From Lama glama (lineage: Eukaryota), in NCBI GenBank assembly GCA_028534125.1, contig CM052818.1, positions 46,626,001-46,690,000 of the forward strand: 64,000 bases of DNA, read 5' to 3'. Below the pieces are notes generated by a model. It worked only from the letters and a program-made list of their open reading frames with translations, was not told the DNA's origin and searched no databases. Made by a program: the position numbers and the translations under genes. The stretch's first letter is position 1. Every line of letters begins with the position of its first letter. Shown one piece after another: positions 52,808-64,000 of this stretch.

Positions 52808-53810
52808 CTACCATTTTGTTTCGTGGTGGCAGGATGAATCACAGACCACACTTGACTGACTGATTGATTGATTCTAATGGCAGAACAGCCAGTACCTCTA
52901 AAAGGTATGGAACAAGTGGATGCAGAGGGTGCCGTGTTCACTCGTGTTTTGAGAGCCACAATATACGAACACCACGAAGTCCAGGTAGCCAGTTCAGGTC
53001 CTATAGGAAGGAGGAGGCACAGTCCATCAATGAGGTCAAGTGTGATTGGAGTCCGCACCTCTTGGGTTAGTGAGTTACTCAGTGAAATCATATATATTTT
53101 AAAAAACTTAAAAATAATCCACAGTGTCTGATTTCTTTGCAGATAATTCATTTCTTCTGTATGTTGTTAAACTATATAGAGAACTTTGAGCGTGTTTGTA
53201 TGAGACTAAGCTTTTAACTCACTGGCAGTACTTTAAATTAGAAAGTAATGGCTTTGGAGTTTTCCGTTTAGTTTTTTGCTGGGATAGTGGCAGAAAGACA
53301 GAGGATTCAAGAAGGATGAGAGTAATTCAGTATCATTTTAGAAATCATTTGAATATAACCTGTCTTCCTGAAATCTTGCCTCTTCTTTTCTGAAAGAAAC
53401 CAAGATGAGTAGGTGTAGAGACCTGATGGTTTCCCTTGATTTTTGTTTCTCCATTCGAGTTAACTTTCTCCATTTAAGGTGTATTCAGTGTGAATTTTTG
53501 CAGTGGGTCAGGGCTTATATTGTTGTCCTTCGTGCTTTTATGTGTTCCAGGGCCTGGCGGAGGAACACAGAGGGACAAGTATAAAAAGCATCTTATGCCC
53601 CGAAGGAACTTACGTATTTTTTAATGAAGATTTTTTTCTATTTGAAAATACTTTCAAACTTACAAAAAGATTGCAAGAACAAGAATAGTCCAAAGAACAC
53701 CTTACAACCTTGATTCAGATCCGCTTATTACGAAGGTTTTGCTTTGAGTGCTTTATTATTTGCGCTCTCACTGCCTCCTGTGTCCTCCTCTCTCCTTCTT
53801 TCTCTCTCTC

Positions 53811-53852
53811 CACACACACGTGCACACACACGCATGCACGCGCACACACACG
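53811..53852. repeat. Interrupted (CA)n/(CG) microsatellite
   Basis: CACACACACGTGCACACACACGCATGCACGCGCACACACACG, alternating purine-pyrimidine. Confidence 0.9.
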
Positions 53853-56154
53853 TTGTTTTCTAACAGCTTATCTTTTGTCCCTAAATACTTGAGTGTTGAG
53901 GAACTTATATTCTGTTTGGAGGTAAAACATATACATTTGAAACAACTGGAAGAAAATAAAAATGGGATGGCTCAAACAATTTAGCCAATTAACAAGTTTT
54001 ATCAGTATCAGGCTAAAACATTGCTTTCTGGATGACAGAAAACTTTTCAGGCTAGAACTACTCTTCTACTATTCTGAGACAGTTGCTTGGCCTCTTAAAA
54101 CTTGCACCCAAACTTCCAGCATTTGAATCTCAAACTTATATGACTAGTTGTTCAAGGAACTTTTCAGAAGTTTACATTTTTGGTTAATTAGAATGTATCT
54201 TACAGACAAAAGAGATTATGTCACTTAGAGTTTAAAGATAATTTTTCACCCTGTTTATGAGACAGAACATTTGCTGGAGAAATGTTTTTGAGGGGGGTAT
54301 TTTAAATCATATAATAAACATAGCTTGAGTGAATTTTTATAGAGGAAATGCTTAATTCTGTTCAAATAAATATGGAATGTTATGTACTAGAGTTACACTG
54401 AGGTAATGAGAACTTTGTTTTGCCCTTAATCTGTTGTTTTAGACTTAAGCCCTTGGTGGGCCTGCCAAGTATGATTCAGGGTGATCTTGAGATGCCTTTT
54501 TTCCCCCCCAAATAAGTATAACCTATGTGCCTGTAAATACTTACAAAGACTATCTTATAGGCAGTTGAAGGAAGAGAAAAAAGACAATGTAGTAAGAATC
54601 TTTGAGAATTCATTAAGGAATTGACTTAAAATAATTTAAGATGATTTCGAATGAAAAACTAGAGGAAGACAATTTGACCAACATAGTGAAAAATCATGTA
54701 TTGGAATATGTTAGAATAATTTAAATGACTGCGTCTGGCTAACTATAGTTGAGTTCTTTGGTGCTATTGCTTGTCATTTGAATAATAAAAAGTTTTATTT
54801 ACAGCAGACAAAAAGCAGCAGTATATAATTGATATTCATTTATTTTATTAAAGAAATCTGATTTGGTAAAAACAATCAGAAAATAGTATTTTTAACGCTA
54901 GTAGTAAAATTTTTTTAATCTATAAAAAGCCTCATTTATTTTTATAGCAATTTGATGACACATCTGCTTGCTTTATTCAGCTGAAGAAGAAAATGTTGGT
55001 TCTTGGTGTTTGGTAAAATTGCTTTGTTAAATTATTTTCTAAATTGTTCAACTTTTAACAAATGACATTTGATACTAACACTGGAAAGCAATTTCGGCTA
55101 ATTAAGTAGATCCCTCTATAAACCATTGGAACATTAAGATGACATACTGCTCATTCAAGATTATTTTAATTGGTACAATTATTGTAATTTTCTTGCAATT
55201 ATGTGTTGAGCTAAAAGCTTTTGTCTAGATCATTTGAGGGTTTTTTTTTGTTAACATACATTTAGTAAGAAGAAAGAGAGTAAAATAAAAACTGTAGATA
55301 AAGATTTTCTGTCTACTTGTATTACAGAGTTTTAGACACCACTGAGATATTTTAGTACAGAACTTTATTTCTCTATTTTTCAGTAAGCATTTTAGGCAAT
55401 AATAGAGGTTTTTAAAAGATCAAGTTAAAAGTTTTAATGAAGATAATATTTCAAATTTCTGTTTTGACACTGCTCAAGCAATCTTTTACTCAGGATGATG
55501 CGGGCAGAATAGTTTTGTGATAAGGATAACACCATACTTTGTTTTGATTTTTTAAAATGATTGAGTAAGTCTTGAGAGAGTCTCAGAATGGTAGTCATTT
55601 TCCATTTCACTGAAATAGCCAATTGCAGAATACACACTATAGACATCTAATTTATAACATCCTAAATTTAATATCTTTAAATTATTCAAGTAATAGTATT
55701 TCTTACTTAAGACATTTTTCATAATAAAACGTCATCTATTTCTTCCTGATATTCAGCCCAAGTTTTCGTAAGCCTTATTTGATGACTGCTGGTTATCTCC
55801 TGCCTCTTAGCTCTCACGACCACCATCTGCTTTCCTTCAGGTTTTGGCTGATTATCCGTCCCCCTTCCTATCCCACCTTGTGGCCCAGATCATGTGTAGG
55901 TGTGTTTCCTGTGCACGTGGACTTAAGTTAAGAATTGGAATAACATAAACATTGGATGCTAGTTAGTCTAGGTTTGCAAAGGAGTTGTCTTAACTCCTCT
56001 GTAGTTCAGAGTACATCCTTTGTACTGATGGGTTTTTCCTTAATTTAGGGTTTAAGATAGTGTACATATTCATTCCAAATGCTGGTTCGTGCCTGCTGTT
56101 TTAGGATTTTTTATAGATAGTTTAGAATCTTAACGACATTCCATGCCTTCTTGG

Positions 56155-56391
56155 TTTTTTTTTTAAACATTTTTTTTTACTGAGTTATAGTCATTTCACA
56201 ATGTTGTGTCAAGTTCCAGTGTAGAGCATAATTTTTCAGTTCTACATGAACATACATATATTCATTGTCACATTTTTTTTTTCTCTGTGAGCTACCACAA
56301 GATCTTGTATATATTTCCCTGTGCTATACAGTATAATCTTGTTTATCTGTTCTACATTTTGAAATCCCAGTCTGTCCCTTCCCACCCCCCT
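56155..56391 (-). mobile_element. 5'-truncated young L1 3' end with TSD
   Basis: Poly-T then TGAGTTATAGTCATTTCACAATGTTGTGTC...CCCTGTGCTATACAGTA. TSD ATGCCTTCTTGG (56143-56154) / ATGTCTTCTTGG (56392-56403). Confidence 0.88.
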
Positions 56392-57092
56392 ATGTCTTCT
56401 TGGCATTGATGTGACTTCTCTGTGGGTGTGTGCGTTGTCACTGATCCACAATGATTCCATTACTGTCTTGTGGGTAATTATCGTTTCCATCTCTACTCCC
56501 CAAACACACCTGCCTTTAATGTATACATACAATATAAATACTTTATTAAGGGGTTCAATACTTTATTAATATCTTTATCTTTTTTGAAAATACTCTGATT
56601 GAATTCTTTGTAAGATCATGAACTATTTCCCCATATAGGAGGGGAAACCAAGCAGGTTTGTGTTGGACAAAAAATATAATCTAAAATAGAAATCACATTT
56701 TGACTGGATAAAATAAATGATATATTTGCCAGGTTACGTGAAGATTAAGCTTTCAAAGACGCCTGTAAACAGACATACTGTTGATGAACACGCATTTCTT
56801 ACTGCGCATTGTCTATTTTGATCCATTGTCTTTGTGGAAAGTAATTGGAAAATTCAGGTTCCTGAAGATAAATAAAGGTGAAGGGCAGAACTGTTTAGTC
56901 TGTTTCGGTATACCTGCAACCACACCTACTTTTGTTGTTTGGAGACAAAAAAAATGAAATGTGATAACCTAGATACATTTGATTTGGAGTTTATCTATTT
57001 AGGTATTTTGCTACTTGTTTGTTTTATTGTTGCTGCCAGAGTCATAGCAACACCCAAAGGTGTGAGAGAGATTCATGGGAGAAAGCTTAGAG

Positions 57093-57720
57093 TTTATTCA
57101 TTTATTCAGAAAACAGTTACTGAGCGCTCACGATGGACCAGGCGCCACTGGAGGAGCTTGGGTACGTGAATAAAGCAGACAGATCCTACGCCGGGGGACT
57201 GACTCCAGCAGGGAGGTGTGGGTGATGAACAGTGTCTGTAATGCACACGTCTGCAGCTTGTTCGAAGGTGACACGAGCTATGGGAAAATAAAACAGAACA
57301 GAGTCCGGGTACGAGGAGTGTGCAGGACCCACACCACGCAGGAGGCTCAGGAGAGGCCTCCTTGAGAGGGGAAGTGCCGAGCAAAGGCTTGAGGGAGGAG
57401 AGAGAATTACCAAGTAGGATTCTGGGGAAGCATTTCTAGGCAGCAGGACCAGTTTGGACACAGGCCCTGGGGCCAGCGGGTGCCTGGAGTGTTTGGGGAA
57501 CAGCAGCAAGGAGGGGTTCGGGGTGGCCAGAGGGGGTTCCGTGGCGGGGAGGGGTGGGAGGTGAGGTCAGGGAGGCCGGGGGGTGGGCCCCGGACAGCTT
57601 TAGGAGGACCATTGAGAGGACTTCGGCTTCTGCCCTGAGTAAGGTGGCGATCCACTGCGTCTGCTCTCAGGTGCCTCTTGGTCATGTCTGTGCAGCTTGG
57701 CCGGAGTTCGGGAACCCCAC
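57093..57720 (-). mobile_element. L2 3' region, unusually GC/CpG-rich
   Basis: TTATTCATTTATTCAG...TTACTGAGCGCTCAC...CCAGGCGCC follows the layout of the antisense L2 3' end. Confidence 0.7.
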
Positions 57721-58864
57721 TGACCTAAGGGCGTGTATTTTGAGAGTCCTGTGCTGGGAAGAGGGTAGGAATGAAACTGGGTAGAAAAATCAGGGTAAAT
57801 GAGAAGTTGTGGTGGAAGTAGGTGGTGACCCCTTGGTCAAGATGAACTGGAGTGGTGGAGCGTGGCACATAGTGACCCTGCCTGGACGTGGGAAAGCGGG
57901 ATGGGAGCATCGCCTGCAGTCTTGCTGCAGCGTCTGACAGAAACCAAGTAGTTATTCTCAACATCCGCCAGGGTTTATGTGACTACTATCCCTGCGTGTC
58001 TCTCCTGTTGGGATAGTTTCATGTTTCTTACCATCATTTGATTCCTTATTTTCTAATAAAATGATGGATTTATAAGCCTACTTTTTGGATCATTTTTCCA
58101 ATTGCATTTTTTTCCTTTGGACTTCCCAGCTGCATGGCCTGTCCCCCCTCCCCCCCCGCCCCAATTTCAACCCCTGCTTGAGAGGGAGCAAAAAGTGGGT
58201 TCCACCGAATGAAGAACTGACAGGTACAGAGAGAGCAACCGGAGGCTTGCTTGTAGAGAAATACTGAATTTGATTTATGGGATGTGCAAGATGAGAACGA
58301 TGGTCATGCATTCCAGGTTGGGCTCCAGGTGATGAAAAATACTTGGTCAGAATTCTCTCTACAGGAATCAGGTTTACCTGCAGGCCCCAACAGCCTTAGC
58401 GTGGCTTTCCAGCCCCTTCTCTTGCCTCCTCCCTCTTGCCTTTTCTCTTTCCACCCTATGTCTCTGCCCCATCCTCCCCTCTCCCACCTTAGTCTCCTGA
58501 TCTCACCTTAAATGTCACTGCGTCAGGAAGCCTCTTCTAACCAGCCCCACCCCAGCCTCCAGGGTGTTATTAGATGCGTTCATTGTGGACTGGTATGTTA
58601 CTTCATGACACTTCCCAAAGTTACACTTCCCTTTTATAAAGATGTGCATTGCGATTTCTTTAGTATTTGTTTCCTGAACTAGACCGTTAACTCTACGAAA
58701 TGTAACTTCCTTAAACCTTGCTGAATGCCTTGCCTCTAGACATTCTTGGCATGGAGTAGGCAGTAGTGGGTATTTCTGAAAGAATAAAGAAATACGATGA
58801 TGACGTTTGCATTGAGGAAAGCATGTTTTGGGGGGAAGTGGTAAATGGAGAGCTGCATTTAATC

Positions 58865-58965
58865 TTTTCTATTTTTTAACTGAAGTATAGTCAGTTACAA
58901 CGTGTCAATTTCTGGTATAAAGTACAATGTCCCAGTCATGCATATACATACATATATTTGTTTTC
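58865..58965 (-). mobile_element. L1 3' terminus fragment (~100 nt)
   Basis: T-rich tail followed by AACTGAAGTATAGTCAGTTACAA...CATATACATACATATA, the antisense of an L1 3' end; similar to 56155-56391. Confidence 0.75.
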
Positions 58966-59104
58966 CTATTTATTTATTTTGGAATTTGGGGGGGGAGGGG
59001 GGGTAATTTGGTTTCTTTCTTTACTTATAGAGGAGGTGCTGGGGATTGAACCCAGGACCCTGTGCATGCTAAGCACGTGCTCTACCACTGAGCTGTGCCC
59101 ACCT
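58966..59104 (-). mobile_element. tRNA-Ala-derived SINE (camelid Vic-1-like)
   Basis: Reverse strand CAGCTCAGTGGTAGAGCACGTGCTTAGCATGCACAGGGTCCTGGGTTCAATCCCCAGCACCTCC followed by a C-rich then A-rich tail. Confidence 0.9.
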
Positions 59105-62100
59105 TATCTTGAGAAGAATACTATCCACACAGACGCTTCCTTCTTTGGTTCTAAACGTAGGTAAACATTCGTTGTTTTTATGCCCATAGATCCCTGGGTA
59201 AGGCACATAGTAAGACACCAAGATTGAATGGTGATTACATATTTCAAGTAACATCTAGTAGTTTCTGCCTTTTGTCAGGTGGTAGTAAAATCAAAGCAAT
59301 GTTTTCGTAGGCGTTTCCCTGTAACTTTGAGTTCAGCTGCGTTTCTAAGGTTTCTCACTTTATAATCATTTTATGAATGCCGTGGTTTGGAGTTGCGTCT
59401 AATCGGCCCACTTTTAGACAGGTCCCTCCCACTTCAGTTTCTAGTCATTATCAGTGTTGTTTCAAAAGGCCCTGGGGCTTAACTGAACTCCATTTTTATT
59501 ATGCTAAACATTTTGATTATATTCATTCATTAAGCAAATGTAGAGTTTATTATGTGCTGAGCACATGCTAATACAAGCATTAGCTAGTATTACTCCAGCC
59601 CTTGATCTGTGCCACACATTGGACTTACCTAGGTTATTTCACTTAACACTCACCACTCGGGAGGCAGAGAATGGGAGTTACCTAAGATCACACAGCTGTA
59701 GCTGTTAGAGCCGCCCCAGGCCTGCTTCTGGAAGCCAGGAGGCAGTCTGCAACTACAGAGCTAGACTGTGGGTCTGAGATGGTAGAAATGCAGAGCTAAA
59801 CTGACTTTATTTTTATTTTCAGATAATTTTATTCATTTTCAAATGAATATTTAGAATCATTTATTATGTATCAATGGGAGTTTTATAGCAGATAGCAATT
59901 TTTCCAGAGGATGGAATTTATCTTTTCATTTAAAAAAATGCAGACTTATTACCAGCTTATGTAAAACCCCAGATCAATGCTTTTTTTAGTTCTAATTGTA
60001 TCTACTAACTGCAGTAGGTTTTGTATGGAAAACTTGAAAAAATCAGTTGTGATATTTAGCACTTAAAAAGCTGGTGCATCTGTGTGTTTAAGCTTTTATA
60101 CCATTTTTATTATACTAAGTGGCTGTAATATTTTTCTTGATAGCTTTTTCAATAGCTTTTCTTTTGCTTTCAATAGGATAAAATTGATTTTTAAAATATT
60201 TTCTCATTTCAACTTAAAATGCCATATTCAGTATTTTATACTAATAAACAAAGAAAGAATTTTAAATGTTCCAAAGTTGTGTGTTTCTAACTTCAGCATG
60301 AAAGACTCAGATATATTAACCAAGGCAATTTGAAAACAGTATTAGCAAAATCAGTTTTTCTAAAATATATTTTAATATCTAAAACAAAAATTATTATTAC
60401 CTGTGTAGGCTTACAGTTTATTTTATAATACAGTAAGGGTATTATGAATATTTACATTAAAAAACCAAATATGATAAATGAATCATTCAAATTTGCCAAA
60501 AAATTAAATATGCTGCATTAAAGATCAGGTAGAGATCAGTTTTTCCCCTGAAATTATTTTTTTGACAGAGGTTTGTGATTTCAGAATTTCAAATAAAATG
60601 TTTTAAGACTTCAAAATATGAGAATAAACAAAAGTAATGTGTAATACAAACGCCAGCTGATTGAAATGCCAAGAGATGGTGAGAGGATATAAAACCGTTG
60701 AAGTGGCTTCTGCTTGCAGCGCCCGAGAAGTCCACAAGGGGGGAGTATTTCACCAGAAGCATTGTTAGCGCGATCCGCCAAGAAATAAGAGCAAATGCAT
60801 TTTGCTTTCCCTTTTCCGTGGCAGAAAAACAAGGAAAACACTGAGTTCAGGATTGTTTCAAACTCTAACGTTCAGCTTTCACCCCTGTTTTTTAAAGAGT
60901 GGCTTCACAAGACATTTATAAGCACAGAAAATCATGATCATAAACGAATGAATGGTTATCTGATTGTATGTATAGTTTTTATTAGATTTAGTGTAGTACT
61001 TTTTCTCCTAAAGTTCTTTTAAATTAACTGTTAGGAAAAACATAGATATGAAGGGAGAGGAGTTTTTTTTTTAATTGATCTCCTTACAAAATTTATGTTT
61101 ATATTAATGTTTATATTTTAAAATACTAAGTCCTACACATTGTAGATCTTGGATTCTGTGCTGATTCAACATTAAACCTTTAAGTTAATTTGTATAGTAA
61201 AAGTTTTGCTTTAATCTTAGGCATATTTATAGTCAGACTTTGAGTTCAGAGCCTCCATTCTCTGCTTGTTATTCAGAGTTTTATTGCAAAACATTTTCTT
61301 CCTTTGTATGATTAGTGCAACACTTCTTGAGATTTCTTAAAGCCAACGTGAACATCTCACCACTTGCTAAAACTTCGCTGCGTTGCTCGTGTTCCTCAAA
61401 CAGCTACGAAATTTGGATTTTTTATACTTTTGCTGGAATATTTTAAAATATCACGGTATAAACTCTTGATGTAGAACGCTGGGCTTTGCTTTTTGATGAG
61501 AGATACTATTTTCATATCAAGTCTGTTGTAAATATTTTGCCTGTCTCATTAGCCTCTTAACTTTTCTCTGTTACTGTGGCTTGAAATGACTGTTTCGTCA
61601 TGTGAATTGCTGTTGTCTGCTCGCTTTCATGGGAATAAGGGGGGTAGGCATCGTGCTGCAAAACACTGTTTTTCAGGCTCCCCCCAGTTGAAACCTTTTT
61701 GCAAATTCAATCTTATGTAGAATCCCCATAAATAAAGCAGAATGAGTGCAAATAATTGACTCAAATTATAACATTTCCTGATAAATTCAGTTAGGAAAAT
61801 AAGCTGTTCAGAAGAATATCAAAATTGCGGTACGTGGATGATTGTTGCAGTCTTACATTAGTTTAAACCTCTGTTTTTTCTGCACTTGGTTATAGTAATG
61901 TAGAATCAAGGAAATTCTAAATCGTAAGCAGATACAAATGTTACCGTTTTTTAAACTCGCCTTGCGACGGCAGGATATTTTCAGTGAATCTGATCCAGAA
62001 ACTTCAAAGTTTAATTGGGAACTTTGCTTCTTAGGTGAATCACCAATATAATCTCACGGTTGCTCACGTTTTTTTTTTATAGCAGTTGAAGTGTTGGGTG

Positions 62101-62489
62101 CTGCTCCTTGAACTCAGTCCTGGCACCCAGCTCCAGTCCTGAGTTGCTATGGCGATGTTCTGACTGGCTGCTGGTCTCTGCGCGCAGCACGTAGGGTGGA
62201 GCAGTGCACTTGCTTGCATAATTTTGTGAACAGAGAAGTGCTGATCTGGATTTTTTAAAAGGAAGGAATTTAAATATATACATGAAGATGGAGGAAATGC
62301 TTTATTTCACAGTCTGCTAAAAACTGAAATAAAACTAGGATAACCTGCTAACAGCCTTATATGTTGGTCTACTTCAGTGTGTTAAAATTTAATATGTAAC
62401 GGCATTCTTATTTTATTGTATTTTTAAGGAGTTAAAACTTGTAAATCGTTAAGAATTTTGAGCCAGGGCTGTGGCATTGTTTGAACCAG

Positions 62490-62712
62490 TGCAGTGAGCA
62501 GGGTACAGGATTGTGAATCCGGCTGGCACAGGTTCCAGATCTGCTGTTTACATCCAGGTGACGTCAGGCCAGTTGCTGAACCTCTCTGAGCCTCAGTCTC
62601 CAAATTTTAAAAACTGAAATAATATCTCATGGATTGCTGGGAGGTAGAAAAGAGATAAATGAAGCAAAATATCTGGCTCAAAGGATGGCAGGCAGTAGGC
62701 ATTCAACAAATA
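62490..62712 (+). mobile_element. MIR SINE
   Basis: GGTGACGTCAGGCCAGTTGCTGAACCTCTCTGAGCCTCAGT...GTAGGCATTCAACAAAT. Confidence 0.7.
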
Positions 62713-64000
62713 CTAGTTCTTTTTAAAATTTTCCTTTAATACTTTGCAACATTTAAATATTCTTTCTATTAGGTTTTATGTAAGAAAGGGATACCTTCCT
62801 CAGAACATTTTACGTAACACACGTGAGTGAAGGCAGCGCCTTGTCCGTGTGGTAGTGAGCCTAGGCAGATGCTTTCTCAGTTATTTGCTTGAGTTTCATC
62901 TTTTACCTTCCCTGTTGATCCCTTCTCATCCCCAAATTACAACCTTATAGCCAAGTCAGCTTAGGCTTAGGGGTCTCATTTTCACACCAGAAACCGAGGG
63001 AGCTTGGACGTGGAAGGGCCGTCTCTGCGCAGGCCAGTGCTTTTCCTTCATCGCTTTGAGAGGAAGAGCATCTCCCATGTGGCAGGGCTGTGGGGAGCAT
63101 CTGGAGGTTCCTTAGGTAGGATCTTAGAAATCTGCTGCAGCCCCTTTTAAATAAGGAAGCTGGAGTCCCAAATCACACACCGTTAACAAGTGACCCAGCC
63201 TTTAAATGTATTTTTATGCCTTTAAAAAGACTCATTGATTTTAATTTTAATTGTCAAACACTATAACCTTATTCTAAGTTATCTGAGATCATCAAGTCTG
63301 GATTTAAGGAAAGTCACTGCAGCAAATACTCTGTTTTTTGTTTCAGAATGCAGCCAAGTTGCATTTCACACAGGCATTGTATTCCTAGAAATCACTGCCT
63401 TTATGAAAACTGCGTTTAATGGGAAGTATCTGACATGTAAATATGTAGTAAGTTTATGTAACAGCTTCAAAGGGAGCGCTGTTTTCCTCGTCAGACTTTG
63501 ATTATACTATGTTTCCTAGTCAGTTGAACAACCTTATTTCTTTTTTAGTGTAAATGCTTTTCCTTTAAATCGCAGACCTACATGTTTCCTCCATTAGTAT
63601 AAAAAAGTAATCTTGGGCCCTCATGTTTTGGCCAGACAGATCATCTTGGATATGTACACCCTCAGTGGGAAATTTTTTTTTAAATGTAGAGTAAGCTATT
63701 CTAGTAAATCAAAGAGTAACACTGGTCAGCCCTGCCAGTGATTTCTGTGGCAACTTGGACACGTACTTCTAGACCATCCTTAAACATGTAAGTCAAACAC
63801 ATTCAATACTAGAAATCAGAAGCAAACGCACAGACCTGAAGGCTGGCAGGGCTGTGTGCGCAGCGCGGCGCCGGGACCCCGCGGGCTGCTGCTTCCTGGT
63901 GCCGTTACCGAACAGGATGCCGGTGAGATGCAGCGGCACCGCTGTGGGCTCCAACAAGCGAGCACTGCTGACACTGCACACTGTTGTCTTGAGAGTCAGC

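Noticed and set aside
59031..59104. tRNA-Ala(AGC) gene
   Set aside because: Acceptor stem is disrupted and it is followed by a SINE tail; this and the two similar copies are SINE heads.
1..64000. CRISPR array, prokaryotic operon, rRNA, snoRNA or nested second gene
   Set aside because: No repeat-spacer array or bacterial-type gene. No complete C/D or H/ACA structure or second exon chain was recognisable by eye; an Infernal/Rfam scan would be needed to exclude small RNAs.

Overview
Mammalian genomic DNA, most likely a camelid (three tRNA-Ala(AGC)-derived Vic-1-like SINEs; no Alu, B1/B2 or BovB seen). The window holds the CpG-island promoter and the 5' part of KIDINS220 (ARMS) on the + strand: a non-coding exon 1 (~2777-2930) and 21 coding exons (13179-49840) that splice in frame through GT-AG junctions into 3011 nt (1003 codons plus 2 nt). 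These encode the ankyrin repeats, the KAP-family P-loop NTPase (Walker A and B) and its four inserted transmembrane helices. The gene runs off the right edge inside a >14 kb intron. The rest is intronic or intergenic DNA with L1, L2, MIR, MER5, MER104, MaLR and SINE relics; repeat boundaries and subfamily names were called by eye and are approximate. I found no convincing new biological system. The most unusual signal is the Walker A exon, which is about 91% GC3 and CpG-rich between neighbours at about 41%, together with other GC-shifted patches that may be GC-biased gene conversion footprints. Also notable are two strong-context uORFs, a cluster of alternative exon 1 donors, a NAGNAG acceptor, the strict 99-nt ankyrin exon modules and a possible SINE-L1 chimera.
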